A stretch of 49,284 nucleotides of DNA from assembly GCA_000388065.2 (NCBI GenBank), contig KB932201.1; one strand, written 5' to 3'. This document shows, in pieces, positions 11,567 to 23,760 of the stretch (within the stretch, counting starts at the first letter, position 1; every line of letters begins with the position of its first letter). This DNA is from Fonticula alba ATCC 38817 (Eukaryota > Protista > Nucleariida). The notes beneath the pieces are model-generated. The model ran no database searches and was not told the origin of the DNA. It saw only the letters and a list, made by a program, of their open reading frames with translations. The position numbers and the translations under genes are program-made.

Positions 11567-13635
11567 GAGTAGATCAACACCGGCTGGGAGGGCGGCTGGG
11601 TTGGCTCCGGAGCGGATGGGAATGCTCGAGTCGAGGCTGGCTGAAAGGGATGGCCGCTGGATGGCGGATGCCGTAGAGGCAGCGGCGGGTGCGCATGCGA
11701 GTGATGCCCGGCAGGCAGGCCCGGCAGTCCCGGCGGCGGCGGCGGCATACGGTGCCCATAGTGAGGCGGATATATGGCCTGCTGGGGGGGCTGGGCCGGC
11801 TGGTGCGGGGGTGGCACCTGTGCCTGATGGTGGTACTGTGACTGGGGAGGATGGTGGAGGACTTGTTGCGGAGGCTGCGAGGGCATCATTTGGGGGGGGT
11901 GATGCGACGGAGGAGGTGGCATGGCCGGGGATTGATGGTGGTAGCCCTGCATGGCCGACATGGAGGCCATTGGAGGTGGCTGATGGACCATGTGCGCCAT
12001 GGACGACGGCAGGCCCGGCGGGTAATGGTGATACTGCGGCTGCGGCGAGGGGGACATTTGCGGCTGCGGCGAGGGGGACATCGGCGTCGGAGACTGGTAG
12101 TACGGATGCTGGGGATGGAGCTGCACCGGGCGGAGGTTTTGCCGCGCAGCCGCCAATGGTAGATGGTAGAAGACCCGATCATGGTCCGAAGGGGCGGCCA
12201 TCAGCGAGGGTGGCGGGAGGGGCGGCGCCGGGGGGGGAGTCACTGCTGGCGCCGGCGAGGGAGGCTGGTAATACGGGTGCCGCGGATCGAGCTGAACCGG
12301 GCGGAGATTCTGCCGCGCGGTTTCCAAAGGCAAGTGGTAGAAGGGCCGACTGTGGGGAGAGCCAGGGGCGGCCAGCAGGGACGCCGGCGGCAGGGGCGGC
12401 GGCGGCGGCGGAGGGGGCGTCGGGCCCAGGGGACTGGCGGCAGGGGCCGCCGTCGGGAAACCCGCCCCTGGCCCGAGGGAGTGGCCAGAGTGCGCATCGC
12501 CGGGGCTGAACCCCGGAGTGTAGCCCCCTCCGCCGGTGCCGCCGCCGCCGCCGCCGCCGCCACTGCCAGCCCCGCCGCCACCTCCAGCACCCGGGACCCC
12601 GGAGAAGGATCCCAGCCCTGGGCCTGGGAGATGCTGTCCCTGCTGAGGCGAGAACCCCGAAGCATCGACGTAGGGGGAGTACCCGCCGGGATTGGCATGC
12701 AAGGCCCCACCGCCGGGGGACTCGGCCGGGGGGAGCATCGCCTCGGGACCCGACGGGGATGCATGGTGCGGGCCATGGTGCGAGCCGTGGAGCGAGCCCG
12801 GGCGATAGTGCGCCCCATGGTGTGGCCCATGGTGGTGGGAGTGAGGAGGGTGGTGGTGTGGACCGTGGTGTGCGTGGTGGTGGTGGTGGTGGTGGGGGTG
12901 GTGGTGATGCTGTCGAGGATGGGGGGCATGTGGCGACGGCGGTGGTTGCTGCTGCGGCTGCTGCTGCGGCTGCTGCTGCTGCTGCTGCTGATGGGAGTGA
13001 TGGTGGCCGGGGTGGAAGTGCATCCCGTGAAGAGGGGGGTGGTGCACCGAGGCCGAGGCCGATGATGATGGCGGCTGTGATTGCTGTTGCTGGTGTGGCA
13101 CATGGAATTGGTCGCCCCGGGTGTCTGATGTCGGGTCGACGGAAATGTATGAGCCCCCCTTGGGCGCCGGGTCCTGGCCTTGGTGGAAGGGCACGGGGCC
13201 AGCAAAGGGCTGGGACTGCCGGCGGCAACGGCCGGATGCAGGCCAGGGAGGAAGGAGGGGGGGGGGAGGAGGGAGGAGCAAATCAACAGCCGAGGGAATG
13301 TCAGCGCGTGCTGGACCCTACCCGGGGGAAAAGCACAGGGGCCGGACCAGGCGTACCTGCATCGACAAGTGGTCGGGACCGGGGCCGGCCATTTCCGACA
13401 GCAAGGGCGAGGAAACCAGCGACCGTGGCGCCGAGGAGGGAGCCCCTACCGGGCTGGATGTGGCCCCGGTTCTGGGGGGCTCTTCCCGGCCGGGGCCGGC
13501 ATGGGAGAATGTCGAGTGGAAGTCCCCACTCGGTGAGGCCAGTCGAGGGCGTTTCACCTCGGCGGCCGCATGCGGGTGAGGTTGCGAGACGCTGTCATCC
13601 CTCTCGAGGCGCTTGGTCGAGTGCTGCCCAGACAT
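10647..13635 (-). CDS. NFYB: NF-YB/HAP3-like histone-fold protein with ~750-aa His/Pro/Gln-rich N-terminal region; ~880 aa (start may extend to 14028)
   Basis: Histone fold: QERLYPINNINRIMRRVLPSTVRISLETRAFVQECASELAAFVASEAADRARADRRRTMSADDALWALTSLGLDFY. It aligns best by eye with NF-YB (VQEC.SE...F..SEA...RKT...D.LWA...LG). Exons 13635-13357, ~13215-10861, 10664-10647 (SDRDS*), with GTACGC donors at 13356 and 10860. The exon 2 acceptor and the start codon are uncertain. Confidence 0.7.
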
Positions 13636-14215
13636 GGGACACTCCGCCCGGCATGAAGGGTATGCGTGGGGTGTGCGTCGGGAGAGGGGGAAGGAAAGGC
13701 AGGGGGGGGGAGGGAGAAAGAGAGAGAGAGAGAGCGATGAGGAGATCGCGAGACGGCGACGCCAAGGGGCAAGAGGGAGGATGGGCGGAGGCGGAGGCGG
13801 TGGCGGCAGCGAAGGGGGGGGGGGGGGGGGGGGGAAACATGCCCCCGGGATCCTGCCCCGAAGATATCCGGCGCTGGCCCAAGAAAAGGCCCCCACGCCT
13901 GTTGTTGTTGTTGCTGTTGTGTCCGGTTTGCCTGGGTGGAAACCCCTTGCCCCGGGCTGGATGCCCTGCCCTCTGCCACTTGGACTCCGCGACATGGTGT
14001 GGCCTCGGCCAAGAGCGGCGGCGCCCATCGGGGATCGGCGCCCGGGCCGCAGTCACTCGGCTCCATGCCCTGCTCTTCGAGCCGGTCGCCGAGCATCGGG
14101 CCGAGGGCCGCAGGGGCAACGGACGGAACGGCAGGCGGAGAGCACCGGGGCCGGGTCGGGCCGGGGGCAAGGGGCGGAACAGGAAAAAGGCCGCCCCCGC
14201 AGGGAGGAGGAGGGG

Positions 14216-14366
14216 CCAATGAGCGGGAAAAGGATGGAACGAGGCGGGGATTTGGCGCGCCGTGCGCATGCTGCCAACGCATCATGGGGCCGGCCTCCCC
14301 GAGAGCAACCATTGGCCCGGACGCCTGCGACCAGCCATTGGCCCGAGATAGGCGATCGGCTATTGG
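14216..14366. promoter_or_regulatory. Cluster of four CCAAT boxes upstream of the NF-YB-like gene
   Basis: CCAAT on + at 14216-14220. ATTGG (CCAAT on -) at 14311, 14337 and 14362. All have GG immediately 5' of CCAAT, and the 10-mer CCATTGGCCC is repeated at 14309 and 14335. Confidence 0.45.
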
Positions 14367-15212
14367 CCAAGCGGGGGATAATGTGTGCCCCAAGCATTGA
14401 GATCCCCCCCCCCCCCCCCCCCGCCCTCCCTGGTGCACGGGCGTGTGCACACCGGCGCGCGCGTGGACGCTCGCGCGCGCGCGCACACACACCACCAGCG
14501 TGTGTCCGTGCGTTCGTGCTTTCGTCGGTCCGCTAGGGTGCAGGTGCCTCTGTTGTTCGAGATGCGCCGGCGTGGCCGGCACAAGACCGACTGGCTGGCC
14601 CTGGGCGGCGATTCGTTCACGATTATTGGTCGCTCGAGGGATTTTACTCCGCGCTGGCATGTGGGTAGGGGGTTCGAGGCGCGTGGTCTCCGGGCGAGGG
14701 GTTGGTGGGCCGCACGCCGCGCTCCTGCCGCGCTGCCAGGCTCTGGACCTTGCCTGCCCTGGCCCCTCTCAACAGGGGGAAGGCACGCCGCGATAACCCG
14801 CTGCCTGGGGCTTTTTTTCTCCCCCAGTCCCTCCTCGGCTCCTTGCCGGTTCCTCTCCCGCTCCTGTGTCCGCGTCTGCCGGCCGGCCGGCCGGCTTCAC
14901 CACCCCAGTCAGAACGCCGCTGCGAGCGGATATCCCCCCCCCCCCCCCCGCCCCTCTCCCCCCTCCCCCCTCCCCGGTCCGGGAGAGGCCCAAGATGAAG
15001 GAGAGGCCGAAGACCGGAAGAGACACACGCACAAACGCATGTCGCACCTAGAGGAAGTGGGCTTTCTATTGGCTGTCGCGCTGCTTTTTTTTTCCCCGGA
15101 ATCACACATGTGGCTGGGCATTCCCCCACGCTCGAAAAGCAAGTAGCCCCAGGCGCGGAGGAGACACAAGGACGCGTGACACCATGGAGCCGGGGGGCAG
15201 CACCGGAGGAGC

Positions 15213-18200
15213 TCAGTCCTCTTCGGCGGAGCCTTCAGCCGTTTGACCGTCATCCTCTTGGTCCTGCTCCTCGTCCTCCTCGGAGGCACTGCCCTCGACA
15301 TCCGTGTCGTAGCTGTCATAGCCGTCATCCTCGGAGCTGCTGTCGACAATCTGGAAGGCCCCGGAGGCCGTCCCGTCGGTCGACTCCTCTTGAGCCCCCT
15401 CCGGCAGGATGGCCTCGCCGATGGCCAAGTCCCCGGGAGCGGCGGCCTGCAATGCGGCGGCGGCGGCAGCCGCATCGGCCAAATCCGCCCCCGGAGCGGC
15501 GGCAACACCCGCACCATCGGTCGCAGAGGAGGCAGCCACACGCGCCGCCTCAATAGCCGCGCGATACTGCCGGATCTGCTCGGTGGCGAGCTGGTGCACA
15601 TACTCGCCCATGGCAACAACATTCTTGATGACAAAGCGGCTGGGAGGCGCCTCGAGCGAGCCAAACGCCCGGTCGGGGCGAGTGGTGGGGAAGCTACGCG
15701 AAGGTGCGCCATTGGGGGCCGAGAGAGAGAGAGGGGGGGGGGGGCGAGAGAGGCACAGGGAGGCACAGGGAGGGCGGGGTGAGCAGGAGGGTGGCAGGAC
15801 AGAAAAGAAACAGAGAAAGCGCACAAACGCACATTTCATCCTTGGTCAGAACCAAGTACGAAGGGGGAAGACGCCGGCGAGCGAAGGGGTCCGTCAGCAC
15901 GGCGGGAGCCAGGGCAGTCGGGCCGGCAAGGGCAGGCGCCCCATCGGCCGGGGTCATGTCGGCATCGGCCTCGGCAGCGGCATCGCCCTCGGCCTCGGCA
16001 TCAGCTTCGCCCTCATCGTCGACCTCGGCATCGGCCTCGGCATCGGCCTCCCCCTCGCTGTCGAGCTTAACATCAGCCTCGGGCTCGGGCTCGGGCTCAG
16101 ACTCGGCCAGCTTGTCGGTGGCGGGGGCGCCGGCCACCGGCAGTGCCGCGAACGAGGCCTCAAAGAGCGGCTGGAACATGCGCCGCAGCTCGAAGCTTCC
16201 CTCAAAGAGAGCCCGGCGACCGAAGACATAAAGACCAAGGCGCGCACGGGACAGGGCCACCACCATACGACGCACATCGCGCATGTAGCCCACGGTCTTG
16301 GTGCGGACCAGCGACAGCAGCACATAGTCATTCTGCTGGCCCTGGTACTGGTCGACCGTGGAAATGGCTCCGGGCATGCCGAAAAGCGGGTTCGAAGCGC
16401 AGCGCTTGCGCACCAACTCCGTAATCAAATCCTTCTGGCCATTGTACGTGGTCAGGATGGACACCAAGTGCCCAGGATACCCGAGCAGGCGCATGTACTG
16501 GAAGACCGCCACCACATACTCCGCCTCGGCCAGGTTCTGGATGTAGGCCGGCGCCGGCTCGGTCTCACCCTGGCCATGCAGATCGCCGACATCAATGAAC
16601 TGCGCCGTGGTGGCGAAGCCGGCATTGGCCAGGCGGAATTCCGGACGCTCGACAACATGCGGCAAGTCCCCCAGGCACTGGTAGCGCCATCCGTACAGCG
16701 CACGAAGGGACGACCTGGCACGACCCTGCGCATCCAGGTCCACGGTGCCCACCCCGAGCCGGACCAGCCGCGTGAACATGGACTGCTCCATGTTGCCCTG
16801 CTGGCGGAAGGCCTGGTTCTTGACCACCGGCGGCAGCTGGTTGTGATCACCGATGGCCACAATGCGCCGGAGCCGGCCCCGGCCATCCTGCGGATCCTGC
16901 AGCAGCAGCGGGATGAATGCCTCGATCTCCAGGATTTGAGCCGACTCCTCCATCAGCACCGTGTCATACCGGAACCCCAGGCGCAGGAGGTCCGCCCGCT
17001 TGAGGGCCGCATGGGTACAAGTCATGGCCACAATGCGAGCCTCCTTCATGAGGATGTAGTCGCCCCGTTCGCGACCGGTGCGCAGCAGCTCAAAGGCCCG
17101 GATGTCGGCCAGCTGGCGGAACACCTTTTCCAAGTGCCCGACAAAGCAGCCCGACACCGCGGTCCAGGCCTCCTGCGCGGTGAGCTCCGCCGGCGTGGCA
17201 CCGAACACCGGCTCCGGCGCGTCGGCGAAGTACTCGGCAAACGGGAACTCCCGGCGGATGTACTCGCTCAGGGACCGGTCCGCGGCCAGGACATCGGCCG
17301 ATGCGGTGGACAGATCCAACGGCAGGGAGTCGGTGGCCTGGCGGCCGAGCTCGGCCTCCAGGCTGGCGAGCCCCGCACGGAACCGATCCCACCGGGGGCC
17401 CACATGCAGGCGGAAGAAGTTGCTGGCCGTCTCACATGTGTAGCCAACATGCCCGGGAACCTGCAGCGAGACAGCCAACCGCGACACCTCGGCAAGCAGG
17501 GCCAGGCGCCGGGCCAGGAAGAAGTTCACACGGCCGGAGATGCTGAAGTCCCGATCACTGGCCAGGTCCTCCTCACCATGGCCCAGACGCAGGCAGTGGC
17601 CTTCGTACACATCCAGGGCGATGATCTTCTCGAACAGCTGGTTCAGAGCCTGGTTCGAGTGTGTGACCAGGAGGATGTGCTGCAGAGGCCCGGCCGAGCC
17701 ACGGGTGTGCATGTGCATGCGTGCACAAAGCGGATGGGGGCAAAGGGCCCGAAGGCCAAAGAGAGGCAGTCAGTACAGGGAGGCAAGGCCCGTGGAAAGA
17801 GGAAGGCAAGGCAGGAGGGAGACCAGGGAGAAGGTTGGTCGGCAGGGGATTCTCGCGGCCAGCGCACCTGGTTCGGCCAGTTATGATAAATCGAGGCAAG
17901 CAGCTGAACCGCGACGTCGGTCTTTCCGGTCCCCGGCGGACCGACCACCAGGGTCAAGCCACGCTCAAGCCCCTGGCGGATGGCGCGCACCTGGGTCGGG
18001 GTAAAGCGGATGGCATTGCGCCGACGGGCGTCGGCCGGGTACGGGCCACACGGGGGCGGGTGGTAGGCCCGCACGTGGACCTGCTTGGCCGGGCCATCGA
18101 AGCGCACCCGGAAGAGGGTGTCCCCGGGCAGGGGAACCGCATTGGCCGGATCGGCCAGGGTGCCGATGGTGGCCGCGTCGAAATCCTTGGCGGCCACACG

Positions 18201-21200
18201 CGCGGCCAGCACCGCCAGCTGGTCCGCCCGGCTGAGATCCGACCGGTCGAAGAGCACCTCGCGCCCGGGGAACGAGGCAAACAGGTGGTCCAAATCCAGG
18301 AAGGTATCGCGGAAGTCCAGCCACGAGTCGGCCGACGGCGCGTCAAGTTCCATGGCATCGGCCGGGGTGGCCTCGGCCTGGCCGGTGGCATCCGAAGCCG
18401 GCGTCAGAGCCGGATGCACCGGCAGGCCGGCCTCGGCCGCGGTCAGTGCATGTGCCGCCCGCGGGTCGCCGTACCCGAGGAAGACATCCTGCAGCCAATC
18501 CGGCACGACGTCCGGATGGCGAGACACCTGCTCCATCATGTCGCGCATGGTGGCCAGCGTCGCGCGGAAGTGGTTCTCCTGGGGCTTGCGCCGGACCAGG
18601 ATGTTGAACGTCGAGTAGACATCGTCCCCGGCATCGAGGAGCTGGCGCGCGGCGGCGGCAGCGGCATCATCGTCGCCGCCGCCGGCCGTGAGGCCGGCCT
18701 GCGTGCGGCGGCGCTGGGCGCGCGCCCGGCGGCGCGACGAATGCGAGCTCGCCAATTGCCGCTGCGCATCGGCATAATACTGGTCAGGGTCCAGGAGGAC
18801 ATTCACCCGGCGCAAGCCACGACGCCGGCGGGGAGGGACATCCTGCCGCGGGTCGAACGGCCCGCCACCGCCACCGCCACCGGTCTGGCCTTGGGGCGGC
18901 GCCTCGTCGCCAAAGTGATCCGAGAAGCCGGTCACCATGCACCCGCGCACGGCCACCACGCCAAACTGCTCGGGGAAGGGCAGGGCCCCCGGGGTGCCGG
19001 GGGGCTGGTAAACCGGCGCCTCGGTCGACCGAGCACGCACGGTGACCAAGAACAGGACGTCCCCCTGGCGAAGGGCATCCCACTCTTGGCGCACATCCAG
19101 CCGACACCGGCCCAAGTCGAAGGACACACGGCCGCGGACAAATTCCGGCCGATGATCGGCCACCCGCGGCGGGCCGACATCCTCCACCGTGAAGGTTTCA
19201 ATGGGGATGGCCATGCGCGACCAGCCGCCGAAAACCGTGGCCATGGCACCGCCGGCGGTGAGGCTGGCCCCGGGCCCGGCCAGGCGCGGGGACAGACGCC
19301 GAACGGCCGTCTCAATGTCCTGCCGCACATCGGCTGCCGCCTCCAGGCGGAAAAGGTGGAAATTCCGCTGCAGGTAATCCTGGATCGTGAGGAACTGCAG
19401 ATTCAGGCGAGGGAGCGGCAGGGGCCGGTCCCCGGCCGGCGGGGCGTCGCTCAGCTCCGGCGCACCCCACAGGGTGACCTCCGACGGGAGCAGCGACCCG
19501 CCCTCGACATCGGCCTCGCGAATGGCCGAGGCCACATCGGCCGCGAAGTTCAGCACCAGAGCCTCGACCAGCGTACGCAGGGGCAGCGGCTGGCCGGTGT
19601 GGGGGAAGTGCGTGCGCAGGCCCAGGCGCCGGGCCAGCTCGGCAGTTCGCTTCCAGAGCGAGTCCGGCGACTTGCCGGCCTCGCCCGGCACCGCCGAGCC
19701 CACTGGTGTCTGAAGCAGACGCCGCAGGGCGGCCGACGTGCCGGACACCCGCGACAAATTCCCCAGGGCCAGCTCACGCAAGCCCTCCGGGTCCAGGGCA
19801 AAGGCGGCGGCCTGGAGGCGACCGACCGCCGCGCCATGCCGGGCGGCAGCCGCGTCCGCCGACAGGGCCGCGCCGGTCAGATCGTCGACAATGTCCGCCC
19901 GGGCCAGCTCCGCCAGACGCTGGACCATGCCGCGGAAGAGCCGAGCATCGACGGGGGTCAGCCCACCGGGGAGGGTCCCCTCCGTGCCGTCCTCATCGTC
20001 GACATCGGTTGCGCCATGGGCAAACAGCTGCGACGTCTGGCAGAGGACCACCGCCAGGTGATCGTCCAGCAGGGCATTGGTGAAGCGCCGCGTGGGCATC
20101 TGCCCGAGCAGGTCCACGAAGAGCTCCAGCACCCGACACACCAGCACCACCGCATGCGACAAGAGGGTGGCCGAGCGGGCCAGCTGCCGCTGAAGGGTGT
20201 GGCCGCTGGGCTCGGCCTCGGCCGCGGCGGCGTCATCGGTCTTGCGGCGCTTGCGGCCGGGCGCCTCGGTGGCAGCGTCGGACTCCGGGGCTCCGAGTGC
20301 CTCGACCACGGCAGTCTGCGGGTCCAACACCGTGTCAATGTCGGACACCAGGCTGGCAAGCATCTTGAGCAGGGCCGACAGGAAGGTCCGCTCGAAGGTC
20401 AGCTGCTGGCGCTTGTCATCGTCCCTACACACATACGCGCGCGCGCGCGCACACACACAAAGGAGATGCACACACACACACACACACACATATGTGGATC
20501 GGGGGCGTGACAGCGGAGGGAGCAGGAGAGAAAGGGGGAGGGGGAGGGGCGGGAGGGGTGAGCAACAAGGCCAGAGTGGGCGGAGGGGGGCGGGGGCGGG
20601 AAAGAGGGGCAGGCGGAACGGGTGTCGAGGGTGGGTGCTTGGAACGAACGATTTCTTGAGCGCGCGCTCAAGACGCGACCAGCGCTTGGCCAGAGTGGCA
20701 TCGCGGGCGAGGAGGAACTCCCGACGAGCCGGCTCGAGGGACACCTGCAGCGGGAGGAGGAAATCAAAGAGTCAGAGGGGACCCGGCATGCTTGTGCGAG
20801 GGCAGAGGCCATCCACGCACCCAGATGCCCATTGACACGAGCTTAAGGCACTCGGCACGCAGGAGAGGGTTCTCCAGCGACTGGAAGGCACGCGTGAGGA
20901 AGAGCAGGAGCTGCGAGCGAATCTGCAGCGTATTCTGCGCGCTCCTGTATCGTGGTGCGGGGGAGGGAGGGGGGGCCATGGGCAAGAAGGAACACAGGGG
21001 GGGGGAAGGAATGCCGGAGAATTAGCAGCAGGGAGAGACAGAAGGGAATGCAGAGGGCAGGGCAGGAGGAGGAGGGGGGGGGGGGGGGGGGGCGATCAGG
21101 GCGGGACAAAATGGCCGAGGGTCACGAACAGCGTCTCACGAAGGAGGGCCTGGAAGAAGGCGGTGAACTTGTCGGAAGGCTCAGCACCGAAGACGGCCCA

Positions 21201-21756
21201 CGGCTCGGAAACCGACTGGCGGAACTTCTCATTCACCATGAGCACCACCGAAAAGAGGTGCTCCTTGGAGGCGGTGGCCGCGTCGAAGTGCGGCCACAGG
21301 AAGCTGCATGTCGCCAGGCGAAAAGAGGGACGAGGGGTTAGACCCAGGGAAGGGCGGAGACGTGTGTCCCGGCGAGGGAAAGACAAGGGGAGCAACGCAT
21401 GCATACCGCTCCAGGTACTGGGAGAACTCCAGGGGAATGAGTCGACCGGGGGAGAAATTCGACGCGGCCAGCTCGCTATGGAAGATGCGCTTCACCAGAG
21501 CCGGGCTGAAGTCGGCCGGGGCTCCGGCCTCGCGGTGCGGCGACCAGAAGGCCAGCGACACCCGGGTGAGCGGGTCGGTGTCGATCTGACGGGCGGTCAG
21601 GGCGAAGTACCCGCGCCGGGGCCCGGCGCTCGTGGACTCGCGCGTCCGACCCAGGAGCTTCATGGCCGCCGGAACCGAGCGGGGGATCTGCCCGCCGGTG
21701 TTCGAAGCGGGACGCGGGCGCTTGGCATCGGACACGGTGGCAACCTCCTCGGGCAT
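15213..21756 (-). CDS. AQR: RNA helicase Aquarius (intron-binding protein 160); ~1,875 aa
   Basis: Exons 21756-21407, 21303-21130, 20944-20821, 20744-20650, 20424-17868, 17679-15833, 15693-15213 total 5,628 nt. AQR hallmarks: [37 protein letters not shown], Walker [69 protein letters not shown]. Confidence 0.95.
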
Positions 21757-22224
21757 CTTGGCGGCTGCTCATGGCAAGTTAGTGCATCCGGCAGTGTGGG
21801 GAGCCGTGGAGGAAGGGAAGACAAGATGGAGGGGAGCGAGGGGCGCAGAGGCGAGGAGCAAGGAAAGCAGGTAAAGGCCAAGGGCGGGATGCGTACAGGG
21901 AGCAGTAGAAGCGGAGGCCATATCGCGTTGCGAGGGGGGGGGGGGGAGAGGGGGCAGCCCGCTGGGGGGCGGGGTGGTAGAGGGGAGCCGGCGCGAGCGG
22001 GAGAGCGGTTGAGAGGGTGACTGACGGTGGTCGGGGAGGGAAGTGGACGTGGAAAAAAGAGGGGGGGAAGGGAGGCAGGAGGGTGGCCCGCCCAACGGTC
22101 CGCGCGCCCGGACACAACGGGCACATTAGTCTGGCGGGTTCTTGGTGTCTCGCCCGAGGGTACCGTTGCCACACGCATGCGTGGTGCGCGCGTCCGAAAG
22201 TGGGCGGGAGGGGGGGGGGGGACG

Positions 22225-22809
22225 NNNNNNNNNNNNNNNNNNNNNNNNNNNNNNNNNNNNNNNNNNNNNNNNNNNNNNNNNNNNNNNNNNNNNNNNNNNN
22301 NNNNNNNNNNNNNNNNNNNNNNNNNNNNNNNNNNNNNNNNNNNNNNNNNNNNNNNNNNNNNNNNNNNNNNNNNNNNNNNNNNNNNNNNNNNNNNNNNNNN
22401 NNNNNNNNNNNNNNNNNNNNNNNNNNNNNNNNNNNNNNNNNNNNNNNNNNNNNNNNNNNNNNNNNNNNNNNNNNNNNNNNNNNNNNNNNNNNNNNNNNNN
22501 NNNNNNNNNNNNNNNNNNNNNNNNNNNNNNNNNNNNNNNNNNNNNNNNNNNNNNNNNNNNNNNNNNNNNNNNNNNNNNNNNNNNNNNNNNNNNNNNNNNN
22601 NNNNNNNNNNNNNNNNNNNNNNNNNNNNNNNNNNNNNNNNNNNNNNNNNNNNNNNNNNNNNNNNNNNNNNNNNNNNNNNNNNNNNNNNNNNNNNNNNNNN
22701 NNNNNNNNNNNNNNNNNNNNNNNNNNNNNNNNNNNNNNNNNNNNNNNNNNNNNNNNNNNNNNNNNNNNNNNNNNNNNNNNNNNNNNNNNNNNNNNNNNNN
22801 NNNNNNNNN
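22225..22809. other. Assembly gap (probably hides TBCA exon 1)
   Basis: N run after a G homopolymer; the TBCA model lacks its N-terminus. Confidence 0.95.
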
Positions 22810-22902
22810 CCCCCCTCTCTTTCCTTCTCGCCTCTTGCCATGCTGGGTGCCTGCTTCCCGTTTCCCGTGCTCACGCCGCCCGCACCCCCGGTCCCGCCTC
22901 AG

Positions 22903-23452
22903 GATCACCGCCGACCTGAAGTACTATCTGAAGGACTTGAACGACGCCCGGGCCCGGATTGCCGCGGTTCCCCCCTCGGATGACGCGCCATTCATCATTC
23001 GCCAGGAGGTATGTGCATGCCTCGGGTCCTTGTTCGCGCGTGCCCCCTCCTCGCATTCCTGGCTAACCGCCCCCCGCGCTTGCTGCCCCGCCCCACTGCA
23101 ATGTCTTCCCCCCAGACTCAAGCCCTGGAGGAAACCGAGCGCATGATCCCCGATGCGGTCACCCGCCTCGGCGCGGCCGTCGAGCAGCTTGATCTCTTTT
23201 TGGTGCGTCCTCGTTCCCCCGCGCGCGCGCGCGCGCGCGCACATACATGGACACCTCTCGTTCGGCATCCCCCCCATCCCCCCCATCCCCCCCATCCCCC
23301 CCTCCTCGAACAGGCTGCTGATATGATCGCACTCCCCTCCTCAGACCGCCCGCGCCAGCGAGGTGGCCGAATTCAAGGCATCCTCTCCCGAGGCGGCGGC
23401 CACCCTTGAGCAGGTTCTCCAGCAGCTGGCCACTGCCCGCGAGCTGGTTTGA
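22903..23452 (+). CDS. TBCA: Tubulin-specific chaperone A (5' exon missing, probably in the gap)
   Basis: Exons 22903-23008 (ITADLKYYLKDL...IIRQE), 23116-23202 (TQALEETERMIPDAVTRLGAAVEQLDLFL) and 23345-23452 (...ARELV*). The L.E...MIPD...RL motif is typical of TBCA/Rbl2. Confidence 0.88.
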
Positions 23453-23760
23453 TGCCTTTGCCCCGGCCGTCGGATGGCCACACTCTCGGGCCGCCCCCCC
23501 CCCCCCCCCCCGCCCCCCCATGGCCGGAGGCTTGTGTGCTCGCTCCCGTTCCCCCTCTCTCCGACCTGCCAATGAAACATCAGAAACCCCAGAGAAAAGG
23601 CCCCGCCCCGCGCAATTGACGAAGAGGGGCCCCCATGCGGAAGAGGAGCATTTGTGGAGGATGTATTCTGAGCGGGAGGACAAACAAGGCAAGGAAAAGG
23701 CGAGGAGTGTGTCAAGGGGGGGGGGAGAGAGAGAGAGAGAGAGAAGGGACACCCGCGCCC

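Noticed and set aside
15409-20510. Very long + strand ORFs (825 aa and 929 aa) opposite AQR; similar shadows opposite NOT4, FKBP (24129-26438), Twinkle and HEATR3 (43468-46173)
   Set aside because: These are antisense shadows of GC3-rich real genes, which are poor in stop codons on the reverse frame. They show no recognisable motifs.
21660-23146. ORFs running through N gaps (also at 9886-10296, 25495-26871, 35510-37285, 45561-46556)
   Set aside because: Their length is created by Ns.
23314-23344. Alternative upstream acceptor (GAACAG at 23313) for the last TBCA exon
   Set aside because: It adds 31 nt and frameshifts away from the helical TBCA C-terminus. The segment contains a CTGAT branch-like site that serves the 23344 acceptor.
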